DNA of 60,233 bases from positions 1 to 60,233 of the forward strand of contig NZ_JAQGIZ010000038.1 of NCBI RefSeq assembly GCF_028290885.1, read 5' to 3'. Both the position numbers and the translations under genes were made by a program. The DNA comes from Phenylobacterium sp. (GTDB lineage: Bacteria > Pseudomonadota > Alphaproteobacteria > Caulobacterales > Caulobacteraceae). Below, piece by piece: positions 22,131 to 34,544 of the stretch; the first letter of the stretch is position 1, and every line of letters begins with the position of its first letter. The notes under the pieces were generated by a model that saw only the letters and a program-made list of their open reading frames with translations, made no database searches and was not told where the DNA came from.

Positions 22131-23363
22131 TCAACCGAAAGCGGTGATCGCCTCGTCCGCCGCCCGCAGGCCGGTCTCCCAGGCGCCGTGGACGGTCGAA
22201 TAGAAATGCGGATGGGTCGCCTCGCCGGCGAAGAAGATGCGGTCGTCGACCGGCGCCGCCAGCGTCGCGCGGCAGCCCGCGCGCCCGGGGAGAGCGTGAG
22301 AATAGGAGCCCAGGGCCCACGGGTCCGCGGCCCAGGCCGTCTCGGCGAGGGGATGGATTTTGCGCCGGAAACCCGAGCCCATCAGGGCGCCCAGCTCTTC
22401 GACGACGAAGGCGGTCGTGGCCCCGGGTCCCTCGGCCTCCAGCTCCCGCGCGCATCGGCCGCCCAGGAAAGCCTCGATATAGGGCCTGCCGAAGGGGCGC
22501 AGGTGGTAGCTGCCGGTCTCGGTGCGGTCGGTGTGGCCGAACAGGTGCCCGTCGATCGGCAGATCGTCCGGCTTGTCCAGGCCGAGGAAGACCTTGTCTG
22601 CGAGACCCAGAGGCAGGTCCGCGGCCGCCTCGCTCTTTTCCGGCAGGCTTGGCGAGAAGGTCAGGCGACCATCGGCCAGCGTCGAGGTGGGAACGCAGAC
22701 GACGATGGCGCGCGCGGTGACGCGGCCCTTCGCCGTGTCCAGGGTCAATTCCCGATCGTCGTGGCGGATCGTCGCCACGGGGCAATGGACGATGATCCTG
22801 CCCATGTCGGCGAAGCTGGCGATGGCGGCGCCATAGCCTTCGCTCACCCGCCAGTTCACGCCGGAGTCTTCATAGGCGACGAAGTCCTTGGTGGAGACCT
22901 GGTCGAACTCCGCGCCGTTGTAATAGCTGGAGAACGCCTCGATCAGGACGTTCCAGCGTCCGCCCGGCTCGAGGAAGTCCGACCCCGGCCGGTCGATTCC
23001 AGCGGCGGCAGCGGCTCGGAGCCGGTCCTCGAAGTGACTCAGGGCAGCCCGGAACGCGCGTTGCTCGTCCGGCGGGAAGTCCCGATTGAACGACTGGCGC
23101 ATCCAGTGCGGTGGGGTGCGGTCGATCGTAAAGCCCGCCTGCTCGATCGGCTTGGCCAGCAGGTTCTTGTCCGCCGAGTGCACCCAGCCCGCGCCGCAAT
23201 CCACCGGCAGGTCGGGCCCGGCCAGGACCGTGTGCGTCCGTCCCCCGACCCGCGGGCGGGCCTCCAGCGCAACGACCGAAAGGCCGGTCGCGGACAGCCG
23301 GCGTAGCGCCGCGATCCCCGCCGCGCCCGCGCCCACCACCACCACGTCGAACCGGTCCTGCAT
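22131..23363 (-). CDS. Flavin monoamine oxidase family protein
   Basis: VGAGAAG, EARPRVGGR, GSYS, FAGEAT...TVHGA. Confidence 0.9.
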   Translation of the reverse strand: MQDRFDVVVVGAGAAGIAALRRLSATGLSVVALEARPRVGGRTHTVLAGPDLPVDCGAGWVHSADKNLLAKPIEQAGFTIDRTPPHWMRQSFNRDFPPDEQRAFRAALSHFEDRLRAAAAAGIDRPGSDFLEPGGRWNVLIEAFSSYYNGAEFDQVSTKDFVAYEDSGVNWRVSEGYGAAIASFADMGRIIVHCPVATIRHDDRELTLDTAKGRVTARAIVVCVPTSTLADGRLTFSPSLPEKSEAAADLPLGLADKVFLGLDKPDDLPIDGHLFGHTDRTETGSYHLRPFGRPYIEAFLGGRCARELEAEGPGATTAFVVEELGALMGSGFRRKIHPLAETAWAADPWALGSYSHALPGRAGCRATLAAPVDDRIFFAGEATHPHFYSTVHGAWETGLRAADEAITAFG

Positions 23364-23386
23364 GGGCTTGAACGCGAAGCGCCGGC

Positions 23387-26224
23387 CTATTTGCCGGCCA
23401 CCCTCAGGCTAGACGAATCCAGATCGAGCTGGTCCGCCGGGATCACCTCCAGGTCGGGGCGCTTGGCCTTGAGCGTCGGCGCGAAGGTCTTGGCGTCGCC
23501 GGCGACGATGACGCTGGCCTTGGCCGGGTCCATCACGCGGGCGGCGAAGGCCTGCACCTGCGCCGGCGAGACCGCCTCGACCTTGCCGGTGTAGCGGGTG
23601 ATCTCGTCCAAGGGCACGCCGTAGAGGGCGAGGTTGCCGAGGATGTCGGCGAGGCCGCCGGTGGTGGCCAGTCTGCGCCCGTAGTTCCCCACCAGGTTGG
23701 ACTTGCGCGCGGTGAGCTCGTCGGCGCTGGCGGGCGCGGTCGCCAGCGAGGTCATCTGCTCGGCTATCAGGTCCAGCACCTGCGGCGCGGACTCGTTCTT
23801 GGTCTGGGCCGCGGCCCGGAACGAGCCGGTGCTGCGGTTGACGCTGAGGCCCGAGGACGCGCCGTAGGAAAGGCCGCGCTTGACGCGGATCTCCAGGTTC
23901 AGCCGCGAGGAATAGCCGCCGCCCAGCAGGGTGTTGGCGACGATGCCCGGGTAGTAGTCCGGGTCGCTGCGGGCGATCCCCGGCTTGACCAGGGTCACCG
24001 CCGCCTGGCCGGTCCCCGGCAGGTCGATGGCGATGGCGCGGGGCTTGGCCGCCGGTGTGATCGTGGGCGGCGCGGGCAGCGGCGTCGGCGGTTTCGCCCA
24101 GCCGCCGAAGGTCTTCTCGGCGAGCGCGAACCCCTGCTCGGCGGTGATGTCCCCGGTCAGCACCAGGATGGCGTTGTCCGGCCGGAACCAGGCCTTGTGC
24201 AGGGCGGCGAGGTCGGCAGGCTTGATCCTGGCGATCGAGGCCGGCGTCCCCGTGGACACATGGCCGAAGGGCGTGCCGGCGAACACCACCGGGGCTGCGG
24301 CGAAGCCCGCGACCTGGCCGGGCTCCTGGTAGGAGACCCGCAGGCCGTCGAGCGCCTGGGCCCGCTGGCGTTCGAGCTCGTCGGCGGCGAAGGCCGGGTT
24401 GCGGGTCACGTCGGCCATGATCGCCATGCCGGTGTCGAGCTTGTCGGGCATGACGTTGAGGGTGACCGACGAGGCCTCCAGGTTGGCGCCGGATTCCAGC
24501 GTCGCCCCCAGGGCCTCCACCTGGCGGGCGACCTCCCGGGCCGAGCGGGTCCTGGTGCCCTCGGTCAGCATGTCGGCGGTCATGCCCGCCGCGCCCGACA
24601 GCCCTGGCGGATCGGCCCAGCCGCCGGTCTTCAGCGTCAGGTCGGCGGTGACCAGCGGCAGGTCGGAGGAGCGCGCCACGATGACCCGCAGGCCGTTGGG
24701 CAGGGTGCGTTCGGCGGGCTTGGGCAGCACCGGGGCGACCGGCGGCCCGATCGGCGGCGGCGCCTGGCGCTGGCCTTCCGGCGCGAGCGCGAAGACCGGG
24801 CCGGCATAGGTCGCGACCGTCTTCGGCGGCGCGGGCGGCGTGGCCGGGGCCTCGCCCTTCGGCCGCTCGCTCTCCGGACGGTACCGGATGGTCATACGCC
24901 GCTGCGGATCGAGATACTTCTTCGCCACCCGTTGGACGTCGGCGGCAGTGACGGCCTGGAGGTCGGCGAGCTCGGTGTTGGCCTTGGCCGGGTCGCCGTT
25001 GATGCGCAGGGCGTAGCCCAGCGCAAAGCCGCGGCCGTCGATGGTTTCGCGTTCGCGCAGTTTGCCGGCGACCAGCTCGTTCTTGGCCTCGTCCAGCTCC
25101 GCGGCGGTCGGCGGGGCGTCGCGCAGGCGCTTCACCTCCGCCAGCAGGGCGGCCTCGCCCTCGGCGATCGAATGGCCCGACGCCATCACCGCGCCGACCA
25201 TGAAGGCGCCGGGCTGGGCCGGCAGGTCGGCGTTGGAATAGATCTCGGCCGCCACCTGCTTCTCGTAGACCAGGCTGTCGTAGAGCCGCGACGACTTGCC
25301 GGCCGACAGGATCGCGTCCAGCACCTTCAGCGCCGGGGCGTCGGGGTCAGAGGCCTTCGGGCCCAGCCAGGTGATCGCCACCGCCGGCAGCGGCACGTTC
25401 GGACCATAGCCCTCGTAGACGCCGGGTCCCCTGCGCGGTGGCTCGACGGCGGTCACCCGCTTGATCGGCTGGGCGGGGTTCTTGAGCGAGCCGAGATACT
25501 GGTCGATCCAACCGTCGAGTTGCGCCTCGTCGAAGTTGCCCACCACAATCAGGGCGGCGTTGTCGGGCCGGTAGTAGGCTTGGTGGAAGGCGCGCACGTC
25601 GTCGATGGTGGCCGCGTCAAGCTCCTCGATCGAGCCGATGCCGGGCCGGTGGTAGGGATGGGTCTGGTAGGTGGCCTGCGGAACGTAGAGGGTGAACAGC
25701 CGACCGTACGGCGACGCCAGCACGCGTTGCCGCAGCTCCTCCTCGACCACGCTGCGCTCGGATTTGAAGTTGGCGTCGTCGACCACCAGCGTGCCCATCC
25801 GCTCCGCCTCGGCCCAGAGCAGCCGCTGCAGGTGGTTGGCCGGGACGACCTCGTAGTAGTTGGTGAAATCGTCGTAGGTCGAGGCGTTGTTGAGGCCGCC
25901 GACGTCCTCGGTCAGCCGGTCGAAGCTCTCCGCCGGCAGGTCCTTGGTGGCCTTGAACATCAGGTGTTCGAAGAGGTGGGCGAAGCCCGAGCGCCCCTGC
26001 GGATCGTCCTTCGAGCCGACCCCGTACCAGAGCTGCACGGTGACGTTGGGGGTGGTGCGGTCGAGCGAGGTCAGAACCACGAGGCCGTTCGGCAGGGTCC
26101 GCTGCTTGTAGACGATCGGCGGGACCTTGCTGGCCGGGACCGGGCTCGCCGGCGCGGCGACCGCAGGGGCGGCTAGGGCCAGCGACAGGGAAAGGACGAG
26201 GGCGCTGAAGGTTTGGCGGATCAT
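23387..26224 (-). CDS. M16 (pitrilysin) family zinc peptidase, two-module exported form
   Basis: Signal peptide, inverted HLFEH Zn motif in the first half, degenerate second half with SSRL..EIR.KRGLSY. Confidence 0.92.
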   Translation of the reverse strand: MIRQTFSALVLSLSLALAAPAVAAPASPVPASKVPPIVYKQRTLPNGLVVLTSLDRTTPNVTVQLWYGVGSKDDPQGRSGFAHLFEHLMFKATKDLPAESFDRLTEDVGGLNNASTYDDFTNYYEVVPANHLQRLLWAEAERMGTLVVDDANFKSERSVVEEELRQRVLASPYGRLFTLYVPQATYQTHPYHRPGIGSIEELDAATIDDVRAFHQAYYRPDNAALIVVGNFDEAQLDGWIDQYLGSLKNPAQPIKRVTAVEPPRRGPGVYEGYGPNVPLPAVAITWLGPKASDPDAPALKVLDAILSAGKSSRLYDSLVYEKQVAAEIYSNADLPAQPGAFMVGAVMASGHSIAEGEAALLAEVKRLRDAPPTAAELDEAKNELVAGKLRERETIDGRGFALGYALRINGDPAKANTELADLQAVTAADVQRVAKKYLDPQRRMTIRYRPESERPKGEAPATPPAPPKTVATYAGPVFALAPEGQRQAPPPIGPPVAPVLPKPAERTLPNGLRVIVARSSDLPLVTADLTLKTGGWADPPGLSGAAGMTADMLTEGTRTRSAREVARQVEALGATLESGANLEASSVTLNVMPDKLDTGMAIMADVTRNPAFAADELERQRAQALDGLRVSYQEPGQVAGFAAAPVVFAGTPFGHVSTGTPASIARIKPADLAALHKAWFRPDNAILVLTGDITAEQGFALAEKTFGGWAKPPTPLPAPPTITPAAKPRAIAIDLPGTGQAAVTLVKPGIARSDPDYYPGIVANTLLGGGYSSRLNLEIRVKRGLSYGASSGLSVNRSTGSFRAAAQTKNESAPQVLDLIAEQMTSLATAPASADELTARKSNLVGNYGRRLATTGGLADILGNLALYGVPLDEITRYTGKVEAVSPAQVQAFAARVMDPAKASVIVAGDAKTFAPTLKAKRPDLEVIPADQLDLDSSSLRVAGK

Positions 26225-26315
26225 GAGGCTTCCGGAAAATGAGCAGCCGCCATCCTTAGCACCGGCGGACGGTGGCGAAACTTACAGGTCTGTCATCCGG
26301 ATCGGGAGCCCGGGC

Positions 26316-27299
26316 TCAGCCAGCCAGCCTGACCAGCATCTTGCCGCTGTTCTCGCCGGCCATCAGGCCGATGAGCGCCGAAGGGGCGGCGGCGATGCCG
26401 TCGACGATGGTCTCCTGGTACTTGACCCGTCCGTCCTTCAGCCAGCCGGCCATGTCGCGTTGGAAATCGCCGTAGAGATGCATGAAATCCGGCGCCACGA
26501 AGCCCCGCAGCATCACCCGCGAATAGATGATGTTGGAAAGGTTCGAGACCGCCGAGTGGCCGGAGTTGTAGCCCGAGATGAAGCCGCACACCGGAATGCG
26601 GCCCAGCGTGTTCATCCGACGCAGCGCCGCCTCCAGGTGGTCGCCGCCGACGTTGTCGAAATAGACGTCGAGGCCGTTGGGCGTGGCCTCTTCCAGCGCC
26701 TGGCGGATGGGTTGGGTTTTGTAGTTGATCACCGCGTCCAGCCCGACCTCGTCGCGCAGCCAGGCGGCCTTCTCGTCCGAGCCGGTCGAGCCCACGACAT
26801 GGCAGCCCTTGAGCTTCGCGATCTGGGCTGCGACCGATCCCACGGCGCCTGCCGCGGTGGAGACGAACACCTGCTCGCCGTCTTTCAGCTGCCCGATGTG
26901 CAGGAGGCCGCCATAGGCCGTGAAGCCAGTGCCGCCCAGCGCGTGCATGTGGATGGTGAGCGGCAGGTCCGGGTCCGGCGAGAGCTTGGTCAGGCCCTTG
27001 CCGTCCGAGGTGAAATATTCGCGGAAGCCCAGGCGGTTGGAGACCAGGTCGCCGAGCGCGAAGCCCTCGTGCTTCGACTGCACGACGCGGCCCAGCGCCC
27101 CGCCCATCATGGCCTCGTCCAGCGCCTGGCCGGCGGTGAGCCTGGGGCGCATGGCTGGGTCCACCGACATGTAGAGGTTCTCGACCAGCACCTGGCCGTC
27201 CGCGGCGTCGGCCACCTCGCGCTCGACCAGGGTGAAATCGTCGGGCTTCGGCGCGCCGGTCGGGCGCTGCACGAGATGGATCTCACGGCTCTTGGGCAT
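26316..27299 (-). CDS. NADP-dependent oxidoreductase (prostaglandin reductase/YncB-like MDR)
   Basis: SVDPAMR, TAYGGL, AAGAVGS, YFDNVGG, GENSGK. Confidence 0.9.
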   Translation of the reverse strand: MPKSREIHLVQRPTGAPKPDDFTLVEREVADAADGQVLVENLYMSVDPAMRPRLTAGQALDEAMMGGALGRVVQSKHEGFALGDLVSNRLGFREYFTSDGKGLTKLSPDPDLPLTIHMHALGGTGFTAYGGLLHIGQLKDGEQVFVSTAAGAVGSVAAQIAKLKGCHVVGSTGSDEKAAWLRDEVGLDAVINYKTQPIRQALEEATPNGLDVYFDNVGGDHLEAALRRMNTLGRIPVCGFISGYNSGHSAVSNLSNIIYSRVMLRGFVAPDFMHLYGDFQRDMAGWLKDGRVKYQETIVDGIAAAPSALIGLMAGENSGKMLVRLAG

Positions 27300-27381
27300 G
27301 GTCGGGCTCCGGAAAATGGATGAGTGCAAATACGCGCGATTTGTGGACCGGCGCCGCCACCCCCTCAAGCGTCATCCCGGT

Positions 27382-28356
27382 TTAGATGACATCCCCCCAG
27401 CGGAGCCTTCGCGCCGCTGCATAACCGGGCTTGTCGCGCTTGGCGACCACACGACCTTCGACCTGGCCGTCCGGCCCGCAGAGCTTCAGCGCGATGCCCG
27501 GCTTGCCGACCCGGGGCGGGGCCAGGACGCGGGGCTGGCGCGGGGCGATCGCGACGCCCGGCCGGGCGGCGATCAGATAGCTGAAGCGCTCGTCCTCGAA
27601 GGGGACATCGGCGCCCTTGGCCAGGCGATGGTCGCGGCTGCGGGGCAGGCGGACGGAGAAGTGACACCAGTCGTCGCCGACGAGCGGACAGGCCGCCTCG
27701 TGCGGGCAGGGCGCCACGATGGCCGCGCCGGCCTCGATCAAAGCGGCGCGGGCGGCGAGGACGCGGCCATACCCAGCCGGCGTTCCCGGCTCCACGAGCG
27801 CCAGCACGCCCCCACAGGCAGTCCACAGTTCGTCGATGACCGAAGCTTGTCGGTCGGGTGCGATCTCGGCCAGCGCATAGCTCGCGACGATGAGGTCGGC
27901 TTTCGGCCACGGCCCAGGTGAGGTGAGATCGGCGCGGCGGGCTTCCGCGCTCCTCAGCGCGGGCGGGCCCTCGGTGGCGAGCCGCGCGGCCAGCGCCAGG
28001 AACGGCGGGCTGGCGTCCAGCCAGGTGATCGAGCCGAGGCCCGGCCATGCCTCCGAGGCCGCCCAGCTCGCCGCCCCTGTGCCGGCGCCGGCGTCGAGCA
28101 GGGTCTTCGGCGCGAACTGCGGCGCCATCCGGGCAGCCTCTGCGAACACGGCCGCGCAGGCGGCGTAGGTGGCGGGCAGGCGGGTGAGCGCATAGGCCAG
28201 CGCATCGTCTGCCTCGCGGATCACGCCGGAGGACGGGCGGCCCGCGCGATAGGCCTCGGAGGTCCACGCCGCGCGCTCGGCCAGGCCCTTGCGGGGAACC
28301 CCTTCCAGCGCCCGGCCGAGGGCGGCGCGCAAGGCCGCCGGCAGGTCCGGGTTCAT
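27382..28356 (-). CDS. Rsm22-family SAM-dependent methyltransferase-like protein
   Basis: AYALTRLPATYAA, DAGAGTG, VEPGTPAG, APCPH...CP...WCHF. Confidence 0.88.
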   Translation of the reverse strand: MNPDLPAALRAALGRALEGVPRKGLAERAAWTSEAYRAGRPSSGVIREADDALAYALTRLPATYAACAAVFAEAARMAPQFAPKTLLDAGAGTGAASWAASEAWPGLGSITWLDASPPFLALAARLATEGPPALRSAEARRADLTSPGPWPKADLIVASYALAEIAPDRQASVIDELWTACGGVLALVEPGTPAGYGRVLAARAALIEAGAAIVAPCPHEAACPLVGDDWCHFSVRLPRSRDHRLAKGADVPFEDERFSYLIAARPGVAIAPRQPRVLAPPRVGKPGIALKLCGPDGQVEGRVVAKRDKPGYAAARRLRWGDVI

Positions 28357-28925
28357 TGCACCCGGGCCATGGCCTCGCGGCGGAGCGCCAGCAGCGCCAT
28401 CGGCACGTCATGGCGCAGCGCCAGCCTCGCCAGCCACCCCGGCACGGAGAAGGGCGCCGCCACGTGGGCCTCGTAGGTGACCCGGGTGCTATCGCCGTGC
28501 TGGGTCAGCAGCCACTCGCCCTCCAGCACCTTCAGGTCGCCGCCGACCCGGTGGAACGTCATGCGGCTCGGAGGCTCGAAATCCTCCCGGAAGACGCTGC
28601 GGATGGAGGGCAGGAAGGTCATCTTGCTGACCTGCTCGCGCACGTCCCAGCGGCCCTGCGGGTCCCGCTCGAGGATGCGGCAGCTCTTCAGGTTGGCGAC
28701 CATCTTCGGCGCCAGGTCGCAGTCGGTCATCACGCTCCAGATGACCTCGGCGGGCGCGGCGATGTCGATGGCGGCGCGGATCACGCCCGAGGCGCCGTCG
28801 GCGCCGGGCATGACCTCGGCGTAGGGCTTGCCGCGGTCCAGCGCAGCCTGGGCCTTGGGCGGCAGCTCCAGCGCCGCCGCCGGCGAGGCCGCGGCGAGCG
28901 CTGCGATGGCGAGGAGGACGCGCAT
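28353..28925 (-). CDS. SRPBCC/polyketide cyclase-like exported protein
   Basis: Signal peptide; IDIAAPAEVIWSVMTD, GDLKVLEGEW, TRVTYE. Confidence 0.8.
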   Translation of the reverse strand: MRVLLAIAALAAASPAAALELPPKAQAALDRGKPYAEVMPGADGASGVIRAAIDIAAPAEVIWSVMTDCDLAPKMVANLKSCRILERDPQGRWDVREQVSKMTFLPSIRSVFREDFEPPSRMTFHRVGGDLKVLEGEWLLTQHGDSTRVTYEAHVAAPFSVPGWLARLALRHDVPMALLALRREAMARVQ

Positions 28926-28950
28926 GGCGCCGGTCGGGTTCAGTCGGACC

Positions 28951-31278
<2,328 letters not shown>

Positions 31279-31407
31279 CTGCGTGCACTCCCGAAATAAG
31301 CCGTCCCCAAAGAGCCGTACGCGTGGAGTATGCGGAGAGGGCGCCCCCGCGCAACAACCCCGCGCAACAAGCTGCGGCCACGCTTGCCCGAAGCGGCGAG
31401 CGCCGCC

Positions 31408-31929
31408 ATGGTCCGGCGCATGCTTGGCAAAGGTTTGACGGCCGCGCTTTCGGCGCTGGCGTTCGTATTGGGCGGCTGCGGCGTCGACGTTCGGGCCGAC
31501 GCCGCGAACGGGGTCGCGAAGTTCCTCGACGCCGTCCGCCGCGGCGACCAACCGGCGTTCGAGGCGGCGCTCGACCGGCCCGCCCTGCGCTCCGACCTGC
31601 GCGATCAACTGACCGCGCTCGGCCGCGCCAACGGGGTCGACGTGAACGGCGGTCCGTCCGACTTTGCGCTCGACCGGATGATCACGCCGGAGGCCTTCCG
31701 CCTGGTGGAAGCCCGCACCGGCCAGGCCCTGCCGATCGCCCCCACCGCGGCCCAGGTGGCGCTCTCGATGGCGGTGCGCGACCCCAACCATGCCTGCGTT
31801 CAGGACCCCGGCAAGGGGCGTTGCCTGCTGTCTTTCGCCAAAGAGAACGGCGTCTGGCGGCTGGTGGGCATGCCGGCCACCGACCTGAAGATCGAGGTGC
31901 TACCGGAGCCTTCCAAGAAGCGCCCCTAG
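31408..31929 (+). CDS. Hypothetical lipoprotein
   Basis: Lipobox LGG-C after a hydrophobic stretch; divergent from acs. Confidence 0.7.
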   Translation: MVRRMLGKGLTAALSALAFVLGGCGVDVRADAANGVAKFLDAVRRGDQPAFEAALDRPALRSDLRDQLTALGRANGVDVNGGPSDFALDRMITPEAFRLVEARTGQALPIAPTAAQVALSMAVRDPNHACVQDPGKGRCLLSFAKENGVWRLVGMPATDLKIEVLPEPSKKRP

Positions 31930-31982
31930 TGTCCCCGCGCGCGAACGCTTATGCGGGAGGGACGCATCTACGAGGCCCGCCC

Positions 31983-32732
31983 ATGCTGCTGCACCTCTCG
32001 ACCTGGCAAGAGATCGAGGACTACCTGAAGCGCTCGAAGACGGTGGTGATCCCCATCGGCTCCAACGAGCAGCACGGACCCACGGGCCTCCTGGGCACCG
32101 ACTGGCTATGCCCGGAGATCATCGCCCACGAGGCGCAGAAAAACTCCGACCTGCTGGTCGCGCCGACCTTCAACATCGGCATGGCCCAGCACCACCTGGG
32201 CTTCCCGGGCACCATCGCGCTTCGGCCCTCGACCTTCATGGCGGCGATCGGCGACTGGTGCCGCAGCCTCGGCCTCGCCGGCTTCGAGAAGCTCTATTTC
32301 CTGAACGGCCACGGCGGCAACGTCGCCACCATCGACGCCGCCTTCTCGGAACTCTACGCGGAGGCCACCTACGCCCAGCGCAACCGCGGCTTCGCCTGCA
32401 AGCAGAAGAACTGGTGGGAGCTGAGGGGCGTGCTCTCGCTCGCCAACCGGCAGTTCCCGACCGGTCACGGCAGCCACGCGACGCCGTCAGAGATCGCCGT
32501 CACCCAGTGGGGCTATCCCGACGCCATCAAATCCGCCAACTACGCGCCGCAGATCGCGCCGACCGGACCGATCCGCGAGGCGCTCGACTTCCGCGCCCGC
32601 TATCCCGACGGCCGCATGGGTTCCGACCCCGGCCAGGCGACGCCGGAAAAGGGCGGCGAACTGGTGGCCGCCGCGGTGGCCGGCCTGATCGAGGATGTGG
32701 CGGCCTTCAGCGCGGAAGTGGCGCCGGCCTGA
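31983..32732 (+). CDS. Creatininase family amidohydrolase
   Basis: PIGSNEQHGP..GTD, FPGTI, NGHGGN, HA..SE. Confidence 0.9.
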   Translation: MLLHLSTWQEIEDYLKRSKTVVIPIGSNEQHGPTGLLGTDWLCPEIIAHEAQKNSDLLVAPTFNIGMAQHHLGFPGTIALRPSTFMAAIGDWCRSLGLAGFEKLYFLNGHGGNVATIDAAFSELYAEATYAQRNRGFACKQKNWWELRGVLSLANRQFPTGHGSHATPSEIAVTQWGYPDAIKSANYAPQIAPTGPIREALDFRARYPDGRMGSDPGQATPEKGGELVAAAVAGLIEDVAAFSAEVAPA

Positions 32733-32750
32733 TCAGTTGCTCCCCCAATT

Positions 32751-32910
32751 CTCCCCTTCGGGGGAGATGGCGCGTAGCGCCAGAGGGGGCCGGGCCGCAG
32801 GCCCCGGGGGGAACTGTCAGCGAAGCTGACTGAGGGGGTCCTCAACGGTCTGAGCGGACCCCCTCCGGCGCTTCGCGCCACCTCCCAAATCGCGCTACGC
32901 GCTGGGGAGG
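32751..32910. repeat. Intergenic palindromic mosaic repeat (RIME/CIR/REP-like)
   Basis: Three related units GGGGA..[6-bp stem, 3-nt loop].GAGGGGG: 32761-32789, 32806-32840 (direct), 32857-32886 (inverted); between convergent genes. Confidence 0.7.
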
Positions 32911-32920
32911 AACTATCCTT

Positions 32921-33283
32921 TCACGCCGTGAAAATCTCGCCGTCGCGCTCGGCGATTGGCCAGGGTGTCAGGCGCAGGCCGAGGCAGGGGTGGGTGGCGC
33001 CTTCTCCGTCAAGGGTGAAGAGCGCGCCGTGGCCGGTGCAGAGGATGTGTCCGGCGTCGCGTGTCAGGTAGCGGTCGTCGAAGGTGGCGAGCGGCCACCC
33101 GGCGTGCGGGCAGCTGTCCACATAGCCGGCGAGCTGCGCGCCCTTGCGGATCACGAAGCCCGCGAAGATGCGGCCCTCGACGCGGAAGCGGAAACCCTTG
33201 CCGCCGGGGTCGGCGACTTCCGCCAGCGCGCAAAGCCTGACGCCGGGCTCCGGCCGGGCGGGGTTGTCGCTAGAGCTGGCCAA
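32921..33283 (-). CDS. Rieske [2Fe-2S] ferredoxin-like protein
   Basis: CPH...CTGH Rieske ligands; start uncertain (TTG 33283). Confidence 0.85.
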   Translation of the reverse strand: MASSSDNPARPEPGVRLCALAEVADPGGKGFRFRVEGRIFAGFVIRKGAQLAGYVDSCPHAGWPLATFDDRYLTRDAGHILCTGHGALFTLDGEGATHPCLGLRLTPWPIAERDGEIFTA

Positions 33284-33554
33284 CGGAGGCGCGGAAGCCG
33301 CGAATCTCGACGCGCCCGAACAGGCCTGCCTGCTGGTACGGGTCGGCGGCGTGGAAGGCCTCGACGGCCGCGCGATCCGCGGCATCCAGGATGAACAACG
33401 ACCCGGCCATGACCTCGGCGTCGTCCAGCATCGGCCCGGCCACCTTCAACGCGGCGAGGTTCTCCTGCACATAGGCCAGGTGCCTCTCGCGGGTGGCCAT
33501 GCGCAGGTCGAGCGAATCGGGCTTGTCGAAGCAGGCCAGCACGTAGAGCGGCAT
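33270..33554 (-). CDS. YciI family protein
   Basis: R..HLAY, AGPML, GSL, DPY...GLF; usual neighbour of gpsA. Confidence 0.9.
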   Translation of the reverse strand: MPLYVLACFDKPDSLDLRMATRERHLAYVQENLAALKVAGPMLDDAEVMAGSLFILDAADRAAVEAFHAADPYQQAGLFGRVEIRGFRASVGQL

Positions 33555-33557
33555 CGG

Positions 33558-34544
33558 CTATTCCTCGCGAAGGGGTCGGGAGAGCAGGCCGCGGATGGCT
33601 TCGTCGACGCCAACCTCCCCGGCCAGGATGGCGGCGGTGGCCTCGCAGATCGGCACGTCGACGCCGAGCTTTCTGGCGAGCTGCCGAACGGCGGGCGCCG
33701 AGGCCACGCCCTCGGCCACCGAGAGCTTGCCCGCCAGCGCCTCCTCCAGCGTCTGGCCGCGGCCGAGTGCGAGGCCCACGCTCATGTTGCGCGACTGCGG
33801 GCTGGAGCAGGTCAGCACCAGGTCGCCAAGCCCGCAGAGCCCGGCCACCGTCTCGGCCTGGCCGCCCAGCGCCACGGCCAGGCGGGTGAGTTCGGAAAAG
33901 CCCCGGGTGATCAGGGCGGCGTGCGCGCTGCGGCCGAGGCCGCGGCCCTCGACGATGCCGCAGGCGATGGCCAGCACGTTCTTCACCGCCCCGCCGGCCT
34001 CGGCGCCGATCATGTCGGTGGCGAAGTAGGGCCTGAAGGTCGGCGTGGCGATCAGTTCTGCGAGGTCGCGGGCGCAGTCCTCCTCCGGGCAGGCCAGCGT
34101 CACCGCGGTGGGCAGGCCGCGGGCCACCTCGCCGGCGAAACTGGGCCCCGACAGCACCGCCGGCGCGGCGCGGGGGATCGTCTCGGCCAGCACCTCGGTC
34201 ATCAGCTTCAGCGAGCCCTGCTCGACGCCCTTGGCGCAGAGCAGGATCTGCAGGCCATCGCGGACGTGCGGGGCGAAGGCCGCCAGGGTGGCGCGCAGGT
34301 GCTGGGCGGGCGCGACCGCCAGGACCAGGTCGCTGGCCGCGAGCTCGGCGAGGTCGCCGGTGGCGCGGATGGCCGCGTCGAGGTCGATCCCCGGCAGGAA
34401 GCTGGTGTTCTCGTGGCTGGCGTTCACCGAGGCGACCACGTCGGCCTCCCGCGCCCAGAGCGTCGTCTCCAGGCCCGCCCGCGCGCAGACCTGGGCGAGC
34501 GCCGTGCCCCAGGCGCCGCCGCCGATAACGCCGGCCCTTTTCAT
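33558..34544 (-). CDS. gpsA: NAD(P)H-dependent glycerol-3-phosphate dehydrogenase
   Basis: [31 protein letters not shown]...SRN. Confidence 0.96.
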   Translation of the reverse strand: MKRAGVIGGGAWGTALAQVCARAGLETTLWAREADVVASVNASHENTSFLPGIDLDAAIRATGDLAELAASDLVLAVAPAQHLRATLAAFAPHVRDGLQILLCAKGVEQGSLKLMTEVLAETIPRAAPAVLSGPSFAGEVARGLPTAVTLACPEEDCARDLAELIATPTFRPYFATDMIGAEAGGAVKNVLAIACGIVEGRGLGRSAHAALITRGFSELTRLAVALGGQAETVAGLCGLGDLVLTCSSPQSRNMSVGLALGRGQTLEEALAGKLSVAEGVASAPAVRQLARKLGVDVPICEATAAILAGEVGVDEAIRGLLSRPLREE

